This document shows, piece after piece, positions 39,543 to 52,708 of a DNA stretch of 64,000 nucleotides. Numbering within the stretch: position 1 is the stretch's first letter; every line of letters begins with the position of its first letter. The stretch spans positions 62,001-126,000 of the forward strand of contig JBLDXI010000060.1 of assembly GCA_047495785.1 (NCBI GenBank). The letters are read 5' to 3'. The position numbers and the translations under genes are program-made. The notes under the pieces were generated by a model that did no database searches, was not told where the DNA came from, and saw only the letters and a list, made by a program, of their open reading frames with translations. The stretch comes from Lepidodermella squamata (lineage: Eukaryota; Animalia; Gastrotricha).

Positions 39543-39678
39543 TGCTGCATAGTTTTGAGTGGTTCCGTTGTTTGCACAATTTCGACGTAGATCGTAAAAG
39601 TACACAGTGGCGAAACTCCGATAATCCGTCAACCTCATGCCAAAGATCGCAATTTTCGACAGTTTCGGCATTACAAAA

Positions 39679-40864
39679 ATGTTAATCTTTCTCATTGCAT
39701 CCTATATTGCAGCGGCCGCTGCTCAGAATCTTTCGTATACGCCACACGGAGAGCAGTTAAAGCGATATTTCTATAAGCAATGCAGCATTCAGAGTACTGC
39801 ACGTCCTGTTCTGGAGGGCAATGAAACCATCCACATTGTTTTCGTGTTCAACCCACTGAGACTGAAAGAAGTGAACGAACCCCACGAGACAATGGACATT
39901 CTTCTCACTATGGCGATGGCCTACAAACACCCCTGCGTGAAATGGGATCCTAAAGATTGGGGATGGACAACGCAATTCTCAGTTCGGCAAATCGACACTT
40001 GGTTCCCCTCAATCTACCTCGTGAATGGGAACGCAGCTGTTTCTCTTCAAGAGACTTTCCCAGACTCGGCTGGCTTCGATTTTAGACAAGATGGTTCCGT
40101 CACGCTATCAAGCGCAGTCAGCTTTTCCACAATCTGCTTGCTTGAGTGAGTTCGATCTCGTCTAAGCTGCTTTAAACCTGTTCCCTTTTATCAGTCTAGT
40201 TAAATTTCCATTCGACTCACAAAAGTGCTCCGTAGTGTTCGAATCGTACCATAATAAAGACGTCCAGCGATTAGACATACATACCAATTTTTCTGGTATA
40301 GCAGACACGATAGAATCGCCATTCATCTCACCGACATCGGTTTGGTCTCTAGTTGGTTTCAGTGTGAATCGGTCCACAGTTGGATACGTCACGATGAGCG
40401 GCAGGCTGTTCGATCGAGTGTCTTTTCAGATCGAAATACGACGAAAGCCAGACGCGTATTTGGTCAATATATTTTACCCATGCCTTTCGCTTTCAGCTTT
40501 GCTTTTCGGATCTGGCTTCATCGCGCCTGATTCGCCTGATAGATCGATGTTTTGTATCACCCTGTTACTCGCTTTCTCAGTCCTTCAGACTAGCATTATT
40601 GAGATGATCCCGCGATCGAGCGTCATTCCGTACGCTTTGGTATTTGTTATGACTCAGCTTTCAGCTGGAGTCGTACTTACTTTCTACTCTTTGATAACTA
40701 ATTGCTTGGCTATGCGATCTCGATACCAGCGTCGTGTTTTGCAGGGAACAAAATATTTACCAGGCGTTACGCTGATTCGAGTGATCGACGCTTTAATCTA
40801 CGGATCGTGTGGAGTTCTACTTCTGATCATAGACATTTACTTACTCTCACAAATGATGAGTTAA
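39679..40864 (+). CDS. Cys-loop LGIC subunit 7 (exons 39679-40145, 40195-40864)
   Basis: Spliced CLLDLVKFPFDSQKC; loop B ESY; SPDRS linker; 4 TM. Confidence 0.92.
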
Positions 40865-41412
40865 TGAACAATTTGATCACTAATCTTATGGAGTCTCAAT
40901 CTCCTGAGAACCCTCCCAATCATCACGTCATTTTGAAGGCAGCGACTAACTAATCTTGTAACATATTTCGGTCCATTGGAATAGCAGAACAGCCATCATA
41001 TCGGTGGCGTTAACTTTTTACATTTTATTTCTCAACTTCAACCTCAAATTTTGTAAAACAATACTGAGTTCGGGGAAGCTGGCATTCATTCCCGCGATTT
41101 CTGCTTTTTACCTGAAAAGATACCACACAGGCCTTTCACTTAGCTGGCTCCACATTCAACCAGCTACAAGGAGGTCGATTCGCAATGTAACAAATAGAAT
41201 TTAGTAAAATAATAAATATTATAGTTGACGAGTCGCATCGCTAAATCAGTATTGCACGTCAGAGTTATTGATTGAGCTCAAATAACAGCTTGTTTTCCAG
41301 CCAGAACGTGATTACTAATAGTGCTGGATTTAAGAGTGGTTCCGTTGTTTGCTCATGATGTCACGAAGCTGAAATCGCAGTCATAACCATAGTAATAACC
41401 CATTTCTGGCTG

Positions 41413-42629
41413 ATGGGTAGATTGGGATTCTCAACAATCTTTCTCATTGCCGTTCTAGCAACGGCCGCTGCTCAAAATGTAACGAGATTTGTGCCTCATG
41501 AAGAGCAGCTTAGACGGTATTTTGCCGAACAATGCACCATTCTATGCAATGCGCGACCTGTTCAGAATGGCAATGACACTATCGAAATCTTATTCATCTT
41601 CAACCCTCTAAGACTAAGGGCCTTGGACGAACCCCGTGAGACAATCGACATTCTTTTGAGTATGGTAATGTCCTACCAGATTCCCTGCGTGAAATGGGAT
41701 CCTAAAGATTGGGGATGGACCACGAAATTCGCTGTTGGGCATTCTGAGATTTGGAATCCTTCGATTTACCTAGCTAATGGCAACGCCGCTGTATCTCTTC
41801 GAGAGGCTCTTCAAGACTCGGCTAGTGTTGCTGTCAGAAACGATGGTTACGTAACCGTATCCGCTTCAGTCAGCTTTTCCACTGTCTGCGTGCTGGAGTA
41901 AGTTCGATCTCTTTTCAACAATATTTACTACCTTTTTCTTCTTGATATCAGTCTAGATAAATTCCCCTTCGACTTTCAGACGTGCTCGGTAGTCTTCCAG
42001 TCTTCGAATCGTATGATAATATCGCAATCCAGCGGTTGAATATACTAGCGAATGCCTCTGGTATGACGGATACAGTGGATGCACCATTCATCTCTTCGAC
42101 ATCAGTTTGGTCTCTGGTTGGTTTCAGCGTGAATCGGTCATCGGTCCGATACGCAGCGGTCGCTGACAAGCTGTATGATCGAGTGTCCTTTCAGATAGAA
42201 ATCCGACGAAAGCCCGATGCCTATTTAGTCAGCATATTCTACCCATGCCTCTCCCTCTCAGCCTTGCTTTTCGGATCTGGATTCATCGCGCCCGATTCGC
42301 CCGATAGATCGATGTTTTGCATCACCCTGCTACTTGCTTTCTCAGTCCTTCAGGCAAGCATCACTGAAATGATCCCGCGGTCGAGCGTCATTCCGTACGC
42401 TTTGGTATTTGTTATGACTCAGCTTTCAGCCGGAGTCGCGCTCACTTTCTACTCCCTGCTTACAAATTGCTTGGCAAGTCATTCTCGGTTCAAGCGGCTT
42501 GTTTTGAAGGAAGCTAAATATTTACCAAGCGTTAGGCTGATGCGACTAATCGATGTTTTTATCTATGGGTCGTGCGGGGTGCTACTCCTGATCATCGACA
42601 TCTACTTGCTCGGAAAAATGAAGAGTTAA
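41413..42629 (+). pseudogene. LGIC gene frameshifted by an 8-nt duplication (exons 41413-41897, 41952-42629)
   Basis: TAGTCTTC-CAGTCTTC at 41990-42005, just after the Cys-loop, shifts the frame to an early TGA. Otherwise an intact paralog of subunit 7. Confidence 0.85.
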
Positions 42630-42957
42630 GTAATAAACGGTTTGACGAAAGTTTACTCGTTCCGAATTCTGAGTATCCGGCCGTGTGAATTATTGGACGA
42701 AAAAATGCGTAATATGTATGACCTAATGCTGCTTGAAGAACGCGTTCAATCAATTTTTTCTGTTTTTTCTTGCGAAGTAAATCAATATAATGATTCTAAT
42801 GTCACTCTAATAGCATCAGAGCTTATCTTTCAGCTTCCAGCAACATTTCCGATCATGATTTTCAATTCACTCTCAATCATAACGGCAAATAAGGGAACGA
42901 AATATTTGTTTTGCGTATTAAATTTGAAATTATATCACTTTAAAATTCGAGCAAATC

Positions 42958-44111
42958 ATGAGACTCTTCCTGCTTATCAGCTTTTTTAAGTCAACGATTG
43001 CATTTTTGCCATATGGTGAGCAATTAAAGCAGCATTTCGCGAAGGAATGCGGCATTCTGAGCCGAGCCATTCCTGTTGAAGACGGCAGGAAGGCTATCGA
43101 GGTGGGTCAATCTCTCTCCCTGATTCGATTTCGTGAGCTCAACGAGAAGGAGGAACGATTAACGCTACTAGCGTTGATGATCCAACGTTGGAAACACCCG
43201 TGCGTTCAGTGGAACGCCTCGGAGTGGGGTCATACAACTCGGTTTGATGTCGCACCATCAGAATCATGGCTGCCTTCAATCTTCCTCGTTAATGGCGACT
43301 CAGAAGCCTCCCTTAAAGACTACATCGAAAAAGGAATGGCAGTGACGTTCATGGAATCTGGCAAGGTACAATTTTCCGTTACGTCTAGCTTCTCCGCTTA
43401 TTGCCCCCTCGAGTAAGTCGAACTTATCAGTCCGAAATTTTGTTTAAAAAAAATGCTGATAGCTTGGAGAAGTTCCCTTTCGACCAACAGTCGTGCTCAA
43501 TTCAGTTCGAATCGTGGGAAGATGACAAAGTATTGGTATTATCACTTCCGAATGCAACCTTCATCACAGATACGAAAGATCTACCATTCTTGTCTAGCAC
43601 ATCTGTGTGGAGCTGGGTAAGCTATACCGCCAGCAAGCGAGTTATCGACTATCCGATGGTTGAATCTAAATTCGATCGCCTAATTTTCACGATCCAGCTC
43701 CGCAGATTGCCAAATAGCTACTTGTTAAACATTTTCTTCCCATGCTTCTTCTTATCCGCTGTGCTATTCGGCGGTGTTTTTATCGCCCCAGATTCACCTG
43801 ATCGTCCAATGTTCTGCATAACAGTGTTGCTTGCATTTTCAGTTTTGCAATCGACTATTCTTGACATTATTCCGCAGTCGAATGTTGTACCTTACGCCGT
43901 TATTTTTGTAATGGCCCAATTCACCGCGGGAGCTACGTGCACGGTTTATGCTTTGGTGACATGCTATCTCGATTCTGTGCCCTACTTTCAGCAACAGATA
44001 ACAAAACGATCGATAACCAGAATACGTTTGATGGATTGCTGTTTCTTCGGATGCGCAGGCTTCATTCTTCTGATTACTGATGCTGCATTGTTCCGTTTGA
44101 TAACAAGTTAA
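42958..44111 (+). CDS. Cys-loop LGIC subunit 8 (exons 42958-43412, 43463-44111)
   Basis: Spliced CPLDLEKFPFDQQSC; FESW; SPDRP; 4 TM. Confidence 0.92.
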
Positions 44112-44560
44112 TGGCAAGGTCAACAGTGAAGCAGGATTTTTGTATTTATGAAGTTCAAACATACCGTACAATAAGACCAAAATTGGATCACATAAAACAT
44201 TCCCTTTCTGATTATTGGGTACCGCAAGTTGCTGCAGTAGGGGAGATTTATAGCTCCCCCAAATAATGAAAAAATCTGATTAAAATGGAATCCTAATGTG
44301 AGCGGCGCTGCAGAGCTGAGTGACCTGGTAATTTGGTCGAATAATCCTAAAAAGATCTGAATTCGATCGATTTTACAAAAATACCGAAAAACGAATGAAA
44401 TACAATGTTGGCTTAGGCTAAAGTGAGTTCTGTGAATTACACTGGTATCTCTCTGCACTTAGTCGGAAGTTTGCACGGCCTAGTATTGATTGGAACATAA
44501 CAGTGCTTTCGATAGTTTCATACAAATCATCAAATAAAGTTCAATTTAAAAATCTCTGCA

Positions 44561-45766
44561 ATGGCAAAGTCTTTGGTTTATAGTGTTTTCGTTTTTTTCC
44601 TTGCATTGACACATCATGCACTTGGCAAGTTCGTCCCATCAGCAGAATTGCTGAGATCGAATCTTGAAGAGGAGTGCAGTATCAGCTCTAAGTTGCGTCC
44701 AACCAACGACTATGCAGTGCCCACAGGCGTAACCGTGACTTTCAACCCCATAAGGCTCGTTGAATTGAACGTTCCGGAAGAGCGATTGACAGTCATGATG
44801 ACCTTGGTCATTTTCTGGACTCACCCATGCGTTAGGTGGAACACATCGGAATGGTATAACATCGGTAGATTCGCGGTCGACTCATCGACAACATGGTACC
44901 CCCCAGTCTACCTTGTCAACGGTTATTCGGATTTGTCCTTCAAAAGTCTTATTGAGAATTCAAATCAAGTCCACATTTTTTGGGATGGATATTTCTCCAT
45001 AACCCCAATGGGAAGCTATTCTACATTCTGTAATTTCAAGTAAGTTTCATAGTCAAATATATTTCCGAGCACTCTAAATTAATTCTCCATCAGCGTTGAA
45101 AAATTCCCGTTCGACAGCCATGTTTGTTCGATTGACGTTGAATCATGGTTCGATAATACTACTGTAACTCTCCAGGCGGACTCCCACTGTGCTATACAAT
45201 CTAGCGAAGAGAATCCGTTCATACCGCATACATCTGTCTGGCGGCTTACGAATTTCGAGACAACAAATCGTGCAATGGTCTACGACCCTTCAATATCAAA
45301 CAATTCATATCACAGGACGAGTGTTCGATTCAAGTTTACCCGCGTTCCTACTACATACATCTTGAACATTTTCCTACCAAGTTTCAGCCTATCCGCTGTT
45401 CTCCTCGGATTCATTTTTCTCGAGCCGGGCACCCCGGATAGACCAGTGTATTGCGTGACTATTCTTCTCGCTTTTTCAGTACTTCAAGCTTCATTACTCG
45501 AAGCGATACCAACTTCTAGCGTTATCCCCGATGCTCTGTGTATCGTAACTGTTAATTACGCTACAGCTATAATCTGTACCATTTACGCTCTGTTGACTTG
45601 TTGGATAGCAACAAGACTCAGCTCACAAGGATCTGATAAGGACGCAGAGGCAAAGGCCCCGACATGCGTTGCCCGTATCCGCAATCTAGATTTGATTTTC
45701 ATTTGCACCGTTTGCTTGCTGTTGTTCGTCGCTGATTCCGTTTTCCTTGGCCGCATGTTATCTTAG
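44561..45766 (+). CDS. Cys-loop LGIC subunit 9 (exons 44561-45039, 45094-45766)
   Basis: Spliced CNFNVEKFPFDSHVC; TPDRP; 4 TM. Confidence 0.92.
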
Positions 45767-45882
45767 TGATTCCGCTTAGCTTAAATAAATTGATATGCTT
45801 TCTGCTCTGAATTTTTTAATTTCCGCAGAATCAGAAATCGGCAGTTAACAAAGAGTATATTTTTCAGTTTTCAGGCTTAACG

Positions 45883-47095
45883 ATGGCGCTAACTCTCTAC
45901 CATTCCGTTGCCTTTGTAGTGCTCAGTTTCGCACATCTCGCACATTGCAAGTTTGTGCCGAAAGCGGTGTTGCTTAAGAAACACTTTGAAGAGGAGTGCA
46001 GCATCGATTCGACACTCCGGCCAACAGACGACTATGCAATGGCAACCATCCTAACCGCGAAATTTCACCCACTCCGGGTCGTAGAGCTGCACATTCCAGA
46101 AGAACGGTTCACAGTAATGATGACCATTGATTTCCAGTGGAATCACCCTTGCATAAGGTGGAATGCCTCGGACTGGGGCGGCCTCAGAAGATTCGCAGTC
46201 GATGCTTCTTCTACTTGGATTCCAAACCTCTTCCTGATCAATGGATATTCAGAGGTTTCAATGAAGAGCTTCATGGATAACGCTGAGAAGATCAAAATGT
46301 ACGCAGACGGAAGTGTAACTCTATCACCAATTGGTCGCTTTTCTACCTACTGCAATTTCAAGTAAGATTAGTTTTCATGATGAAGATGAAATGAAAGCTC
46401 AACAAGAATTTTTCAGCGTCGAAAAATTTCCATTTGACTCCCAGGTTTGCTCTGTTGATATCGAAACGTGGTCAACAAATACCTCTGTTATTCTGCAAGC
46501 CGACCCTGACTCCGAAATTCAATATAACAAGGATACTCCTTTCCTCCCTTCGACTTCAGTGTGGCGGCTAAACTACTTCAAGCCTTTAAATAGGACAGTT
46601 ATTTACGTTTCGGATGAGACTTATACCAGGGTTGTCGCTAGATTCAGTTTCACCCGCGTGCCCACGTCCTACATCGTCAACATTTTTCTACCGAGCTTCA
46701 GCCTATCTGCAGTTCTTCTTGGGTTCATTTTTCTTGAACCTTCTGCTCCAGATAGAACCATGTACTGCGTCACGATTTTGCTGGCTTTTTCCGTCCTTCA
46801 AACATCCTTGGTTGAGCAAATTCCGAAATCAATTGTCATCCCGGATGCGCTTTGGATACTTACGGCAAACTACGCTACGGCTATAATCTGCACAATGTAC
46901 GCTTTGCTCACTTGTTGGAGAGCTACGAGACTTCGTTCGCGAAGACACGACGACAAACCAGTTGGAAGAATTAAAAAATGGTTCTCATCCATTCGCAATC
47001 TTGATTTCACCTTCATCAGCACTGTTAGTATGCTGTTGGTCGCGGTTGATTCTGTTTTTCTCAGCCGAATGCTTTATCAGACAACAGCTATCTGA
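45883..47095 (+). CDS. Cys-loop LGIC subunit 10 (exons 45883-46361, 46417-47095)
   Basis: Spliced CNFNVEKFPFDSQVC; APDRT; 4 TM. Confidence 0.92.
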
Positions 47096-47864
47096 TTACT
47101 CGCGGCATAAATGTTATCAAATATCACACATGATAAATCTTCTTATTTCCGAGAGACAATAAAAAGCTAGGAGCTCGCACTAGATCAATGAATCGATTCT
47201 AGCTTGTCCAATCACATCCATGCCCCATTGGTAAAGCGGTTCGCACTGCTGATTGTCTGAACTGCGTTTTTTTATTAAAACCGACGTTCAGTTTTTCAGC
47301 GTTGTGATTAATTTCAGCGTCGCAACACAAAAAAATACAATACACCTTTTTTCTTTTACATTTTCATTTTTCCGAAAATAACTGCACGCGCGAGCCCAGT
47401 TTTTTTCTAATTTCTCCTTGCTGCTGGTGACTGAGATGAGGAAAAAAAAGGAAAAAAATGGGGCAACTAAAAAGTAAAAAACGAAGAAAACGGAGACGCC
47501 AGTGCAGTCAGTTTTGCAAAAAAGGAAAATTCCAAAGAAAAAAAGAAAAAGGTCTCTCATGAATTGATTGGCTCGAAGACCTGTCAGAAAAGACAAACCA
47601 CTTGAGAAAGAAGATTCTGCAGCGGCTAATTCGCAGGTAACTTGAAACATTAATTCGAATATTTTATTGCGCGAACCCATCAATTTTCAGCAAAGCTTTC
47701 CTCCGGCTGTACCTTTTGAAATCTGATTTCTCTTTTATGGTGAATAGGTCTCGAACTTCAAAATCGCAAACCTCTGGGTCGATGCAACGGCCAGATCTTG
47801 GCGCCCTATGAAGCTGGAAAATTCAGTGCCGCAAGCACCCAAAGACCTGAAGGTGAGGTCCGGC

Positions 47865-47967
47865 GATGCACTTATCCGCAATCTTGATTGCATTTTTATA
47901 TGCACCGTTTGTTTTGCTGTTCTTCGTGGTTGATTCCGTATTACCCGGCCGCATGCTATCTCAGTGA
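47865..47967 (+). pseudogene. Relic M4 exon end of a subunit-9-like gene
   Basis: ATCCGCAATCTTGATTGCATTTTTATATGCACCGTTTG...GGCCGCATGCTATCT matches 45677-45766 with indels. Confidence 0.75.
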
Positions 47968-48104
47968 ATTCGCGGATGACACGGAATTGGTCTTTTTCTG
48001 TTCGGTCAACAACTAGTTTTAATTTCCGTTGAATAAGACTTTGCACGAGCTTCGCCACGAGGTAGTCCAATAAATAATATATATTTCGTTTTTTTTTGAC
48101 AAAT

Positions 48105-49303
48105 ATGATGAGTTCAGGTTTCTACCCATCCGTTGCCTTTATTGTTCTCAGCTTCGTGCTATTTGCATCTTGCAAGTTTTTACCAAAGGCTGCGTTGCTT
48201 AAAACATACTTCGAAGAGGAGTGTAGCATAGATTCGAAACTCCGGCCAACAAATGACTATAGAGTGCCAACCGTCGTCACCGCTACATTCTATCCAATCC
48301 GGGTCGTGGAGCTGAATGTACCGGAGGAACGTTTCACAGTCATGATGAATATAAATTTCTTTTGGACTCACCCTTGCGTAAGGTGGAACGCCTCTGACTG
48401 GGAAACTATCGACAGATTCGCAGTAGATACGTCTTCTACTTGGTATCCAAGCTTATACCTGATCAATGGATACTCAGATGCTTCATTGAAGACTTTCATT
48501 GATAACGCTGAGAGGATCAGATTTTACGCAGACGGAAGTGTAACCATATGTCACCGATGGGTGGCTATTCAACTTACTGCTATTTCAAGTAAGACTACAG
48601 GTTTATTAATGACGTTAAAGTTATATAAACTTTTTTCAGTGTTGAAAAATTTCCGTTTGACTCCCACGTTTGCTCCGTTGATATCGAAGCGATGTCCTCA
48701 AATGCCACTGTTACTCTGCAAGCCGACCCCGACTCTGTAATTCAATATAACGAGGATACTGCCTTCCTCCCGCCTACTTCAGTTTGGCGGCTCAACTACT
48801 TTAAACCAATAAATAGGACGGTTTATTACGTCTCAGATGGGCATTATACCAGGGTTGTTGCTAGATTCAGTTTCACCCGCGTACCGACTTCTTACATAGT
48901 CAACATCTTTCTACCGAGCTTCAGTCTATCCGCTGTTCTTCTTGGGTTCATTTTTCTAGAACCCTCAGCTCCAGATAGAACCATGTACTGCGTCACCATT
49001 TTGCTGGCTTTTTCAGTCCTTCAAGCTTCATTGATTCAATTAATACCGAATTCAAGTGTGATACCGGATGCGCTCTGTATACTTACGGCAAACTACGCTA
49101 CGGCTATAATCTGCACACTTTATGCTTTGGTCACTTGTTGGATAGCTACGCGATTTAGATCGCAAAGGCCCAATGACAAACCAGTTGGAAAAATCAAAAA
49201 GTGGCTTTCATCCATTCGGAATTTTGATTGCATATTCATCTGCACCGTCTGCTTACTTTTGTTTGTGGCCGATTCTGTTTTTCTCGGCCGAATGCTTTCT
49301 TAA
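48105..49303 (+). pseudogene. LGIC gene with a 2-nt frameshift near the end of exon 1 (exons 48105-48588, 48640-49303)
   Basis: GTA ACC ATA TG TCA CCG ATG GGT near 48546-48550 puts SPMGGYSTYCYF out of frame. Paralog of subunit 10. Confidence 0.82.
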
Positions 49304-49667
49304 ATGATAGCTGTTTTAATAATTACTCGCTAGCTTATCATATAATCACAAATGCTATTCTGCTATGGTTATTTTGTCATTCTCAAAATAATAAAAAACT
49401 AGGGGTTCGGTATTTTCAAACTACAGCTCGCGATTGATCAATGAATTGATTTAAGCTTACCCTATGCATGGAGCTAGGAAGAGCACAGCTGATTGTCAAC
49501 AACAAAAAAATTCACCGCTTTCGATTTCAATGCTTGGCATGGCATATCCTCATATCCTGCCTGTAAGTGTAAGTTCAATTTCCGCTCCGTTTTATATTGG
49601 CAACGGTCTGGAGTTGAATGGATTCGATCGCGCTGACTTAGCTCAACAATACTTTGTCTACTGCGTG

Positions 49668-50874
49668 ATGAGAATATCGCTTTATCATGTCAATGTCTTG
49701 GCGACGATGCTTCATTGCATGCATCAAAAGGCCAATAGCAAGTTTGTTCTCCATGTTGATCTGCTGAAATCGCATTTCCAGGAAGAGTGCAGCATCTACT
49801 CGGTATCTAGGCCGACTGAAAATTTCACTACACCCACTGTTGTCACAGCGACTTTCATCCCACTCCGGCTTGTTGAGCTGAACGTCCCGGAAGAACGGTT
49901 AACTGTGATGATGACCATTAATTTCTACTGGTCTCATCCCTGCGTGAAATGGATCCCGGCAGAGTGGGGCAATATCGACAGTTTTTCGGTCCCAACATCT
50001 TCAACATGGCTTCCGAGTGTTTACCTGATAAATGGCTACTCAGATGTTTCATTGAAAAGTGTTATAGATAATGCTGAGAAGGTGAGATTTTATGACGATG
50101 GCAGTGTCTATTTATCGGCGATGGGAAGCTATTCAACTTATTGCTATTTCGAGTAAGGTTAGTGATGTGAAAAACGTGTAAAAAAGGTTATTTTTTCAGC
50201 GTTGAAAAATTTCCATTTGACACACCTGTCTGCTCAGCGGATATAGAGGCACTGTCTTCAAAAGCAAGTGTTATCCTATACGCGGATCCTGCCTCGGCGA
50301 TACAATATAACAGAGATACGCATTTCCTTCCTCCGACTTCAGTGTGGCGGCTCATCAATTTTGAAGCTATCAACCTAACAACCACTTACAACGCTTCAAT
50401 CTCGAATGCAACATTCCACAGGGCGAGCGTTAGATTCAGCTTCACGCGAGTTCCAACCACTTATATTGTTAACATTTTCCTGCCTAGTTTCAGCTTATCC
50501 GCTGTGCTCCTCGGGTTCATTTTTCTCGAACCGGAGGCCCCGGATAGACCGGTGTATTGCGTAACTATTCTTCTCGCTTTCTCAGTTCTTCAAGCTTCAT
50601 TGCTGGAAGCTGTACCAACTTCTAGCGTTATTCCTGATGCCGTGTGTATTTTGACGGCTAACTATGCCACGGCTATAATATGTACGATTTACGCTTTGTT
50701 AACTTGTTGGTTAGGCTCGCGATTGGCGTCTCTTAAACGTGATGGGGAATCCATGGGAAGTTGCTGGGCGAAATGGAATTTCTCCCTCCGGCGAGTTGAC
50801 TTCATTTTATTTCTACTGTATGCTTACTGCTTCTGATAGCCGATTGTGTTTTCATGGGCCGCATGCTCTCGTAA
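49668..50874 (+). pseudogene. LGIC gene with a degenerate signal peptide and a 1-nt frameshift in M4 (exons 49668-50152, 50200-50874)
   Basis: Cys-loop CYFDVEKFPFDTPVC is intact. The M4 tail ISTVCLLLLIADCVFMGRMLS* is out of frame after a T-run near 50805, which could be a homopolymer sequencing error. Confidence 0.72.
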
Positions 50875-50979
50875 TACTTTACTATTTACGATAAACACAT
50901 ACTTCGCCTGGGAAATGGAATTAAATGGAAAGACTGATTTTCAGTTTTTATTAAAAAAGCGTGAAAGCATTATAATGAT

Positions 50980-52161
50980 TTAACATGGTGAGCTGTTATC
51001 CGGTGATGCCAAACTTTTCATAACCTCGTCGTAACTAGGCGGTCGATGATCAGCAGTCAACATCCTCTCCGTTTCCCCGCCATCCAGGCGCCCGGGATCA
51101 GTGATCGGCGGCGAGTTTCGATTGCTGTCCAGGAATTCCTGCCACGTCAGTCGAGTCACATTGTCAGGAACATCAGTACTCGGGCTGCGATTTCGGCGTC
51201 TGATGCCAAAAATATTCCGGCCTGTATCAACAGAACCCCAGCAAGTCGGCCGACACACCGCGAGGCCGATGATAGTAATCGAAACACTTGCAACGAAAAT
51301 TATCGGCAAAGTGATGTAGAGCGTTCGCACACTGATGACGGCGCCTTGAGATTGCCGCTGGTCATTCTGAGCCGTCACCATGTCCCAACTCCATCTTCGT
51401 CTCGTAACCACTCCGGTTGATGTTTTCGGGGTAGCAGACTGGCGAGTTATGTATGTGAATTCAGCAAGCGAAGCATCGATGGTGCCGTGGCAGATGAGCA
51501 CAACTTCATGGCCGATCAATGCGCGCATCAACTCCGCGCTGTCGTTGTAGAACTTTGCTGTTAAAAATTGATTTGGCTCCATCTGCCGTTCGATAACTCG
51601 ACCTTTCCTTGAATATATAGAAAGCCCTTCCGCCAGAGACAGCGATATCTCTCTGGACCCACCTCGCAAGTCGTTTTCAACAATGTCCTGATAAACTTGC
51701 TGGGGGACAAGAAGGTTGTTCTCGTAGCATGAAGCTATTGGGAATGGTCTAGTGTACTCGTAAAGACCCATCGCTGAGAACGGAGTGGAAATGTCTACTC
51801 TGGAGCATTGGCTATTCGCGCCCATGAATCGAGGATTGCGTTTGAAGCACTGCATTTTGAAGTACCGCTCGCCGTACAAGCAAGAAATGAAGCGGGCATC
51901 GCAGTTTTCGTTCGACCTCCTTCGGCCGCATAGGTAGCTTATTGGTTTCGTATCATTGTCGAAATAAGAGGCGTTTAGTGAGATTTGTTTGAAAAGGTCA
52001 TTCGGCAATAGGCCATTCGCATTTCCTATCAACGACAAATGGGAGTGCGGCATGTCATTCGCTGATTCATTGCAGTTTGACAGATGAATCAGCCCGATCA
52101 ATTGAATTTTCGAGGACACTAAGCCAACGCCAAGTAGGAGAATTAGCACGACAAATCGCAT
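50980..52161 (-). CDS. Intronless type I membrane protein (393 aa) with a Cys-containing ectodomain and cytoplasmic PPxY motif
   Basis: Signal MRFVVLILLLGVGLVSS; TM LYITLPIIFVASVSITIIGLAVC; tail RPPSYDEVM. Confidence 0.85.
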   Translation of the reverse strand: MRFVVLILLLGVGLVSSKIQLIGLIHLSNCNESANDMPHSHLSLIGNANGLLPNDLFKQISLNASYFDNDTKPISYLCGRRRSNENCDARFISCLYGERYFKMQCFKRNPRFMGANSQCSRVDISTPFSAMGLYEYTRPFPIASCYENNLLVPQQVYQDIVENDLRGGSREISLSLAEGLSIYSRKGRVIERQMEPNQFLTAKFYNDSAELMRALIGHEVVLICHGTIDASLAEFTYITRQSATPKTSTGVVTRRRWSWDMVTAQNDQRQSQGAVISVRTLYITLPIIFVASVSITIIGLAVCRPTCWGSVDTGRNIFGIRRRNRSPSTDVPDNVTRLTWQEFLDSNRNSPPITDPGRLDGGETERMLTADHRPPSYDEVMKSLASPDNSSPC

Positions 52162-52708
52162 TCTCTTAGTGACTGCTGGCTAATCTCTCATGTTAGTTAT
52201 GGTAGTTTGTTATTAGGTACAACCCATATTAATCTCTTATCGTTATTTCATTGTTATTCATCAGAACAACCAACGACCAAGAAGCAAGCGATAACGACCA
52301 ACGACCCCACAAACAATCGAGGAAATACGAGTCAGTGTTATATCAGTGGAAGATCCTCACATAATAAATACGTAATTAATGGTGAAATGATTTAAAAATG
52401 AGTATTTTCAAAATTACAGGTGAAAATAGCCCTGCTGAAAATTTCCACATTCCTGCTCATCTGATTGTTCCATTGTCAGACCCCTTAGAGAAAATAAATC
52501 CGAAATTACATTAGTTACAGTTTGGATTCATATATTTTTCTTGGCGTAATATTTTGAATGGAATCCGACTTACATTAAATCTCTACTTTTGCGTCATCCC
52601 GGAGTGAAAGGCAGCAAATTTGACCAGCTGCGCGCATGAAGCGTGACTGTCTCAAATTTTTCCGCCGACATCTCTCATGCATGCTCAGTATAACTGCCAC
52701 ACGTGAAA

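Noticed and set aside
47288-47683. Phe-rich 131-aa minus-strand ORF
   Set aside because: A by-product of A-rich low-complexity sequence with no domain features.
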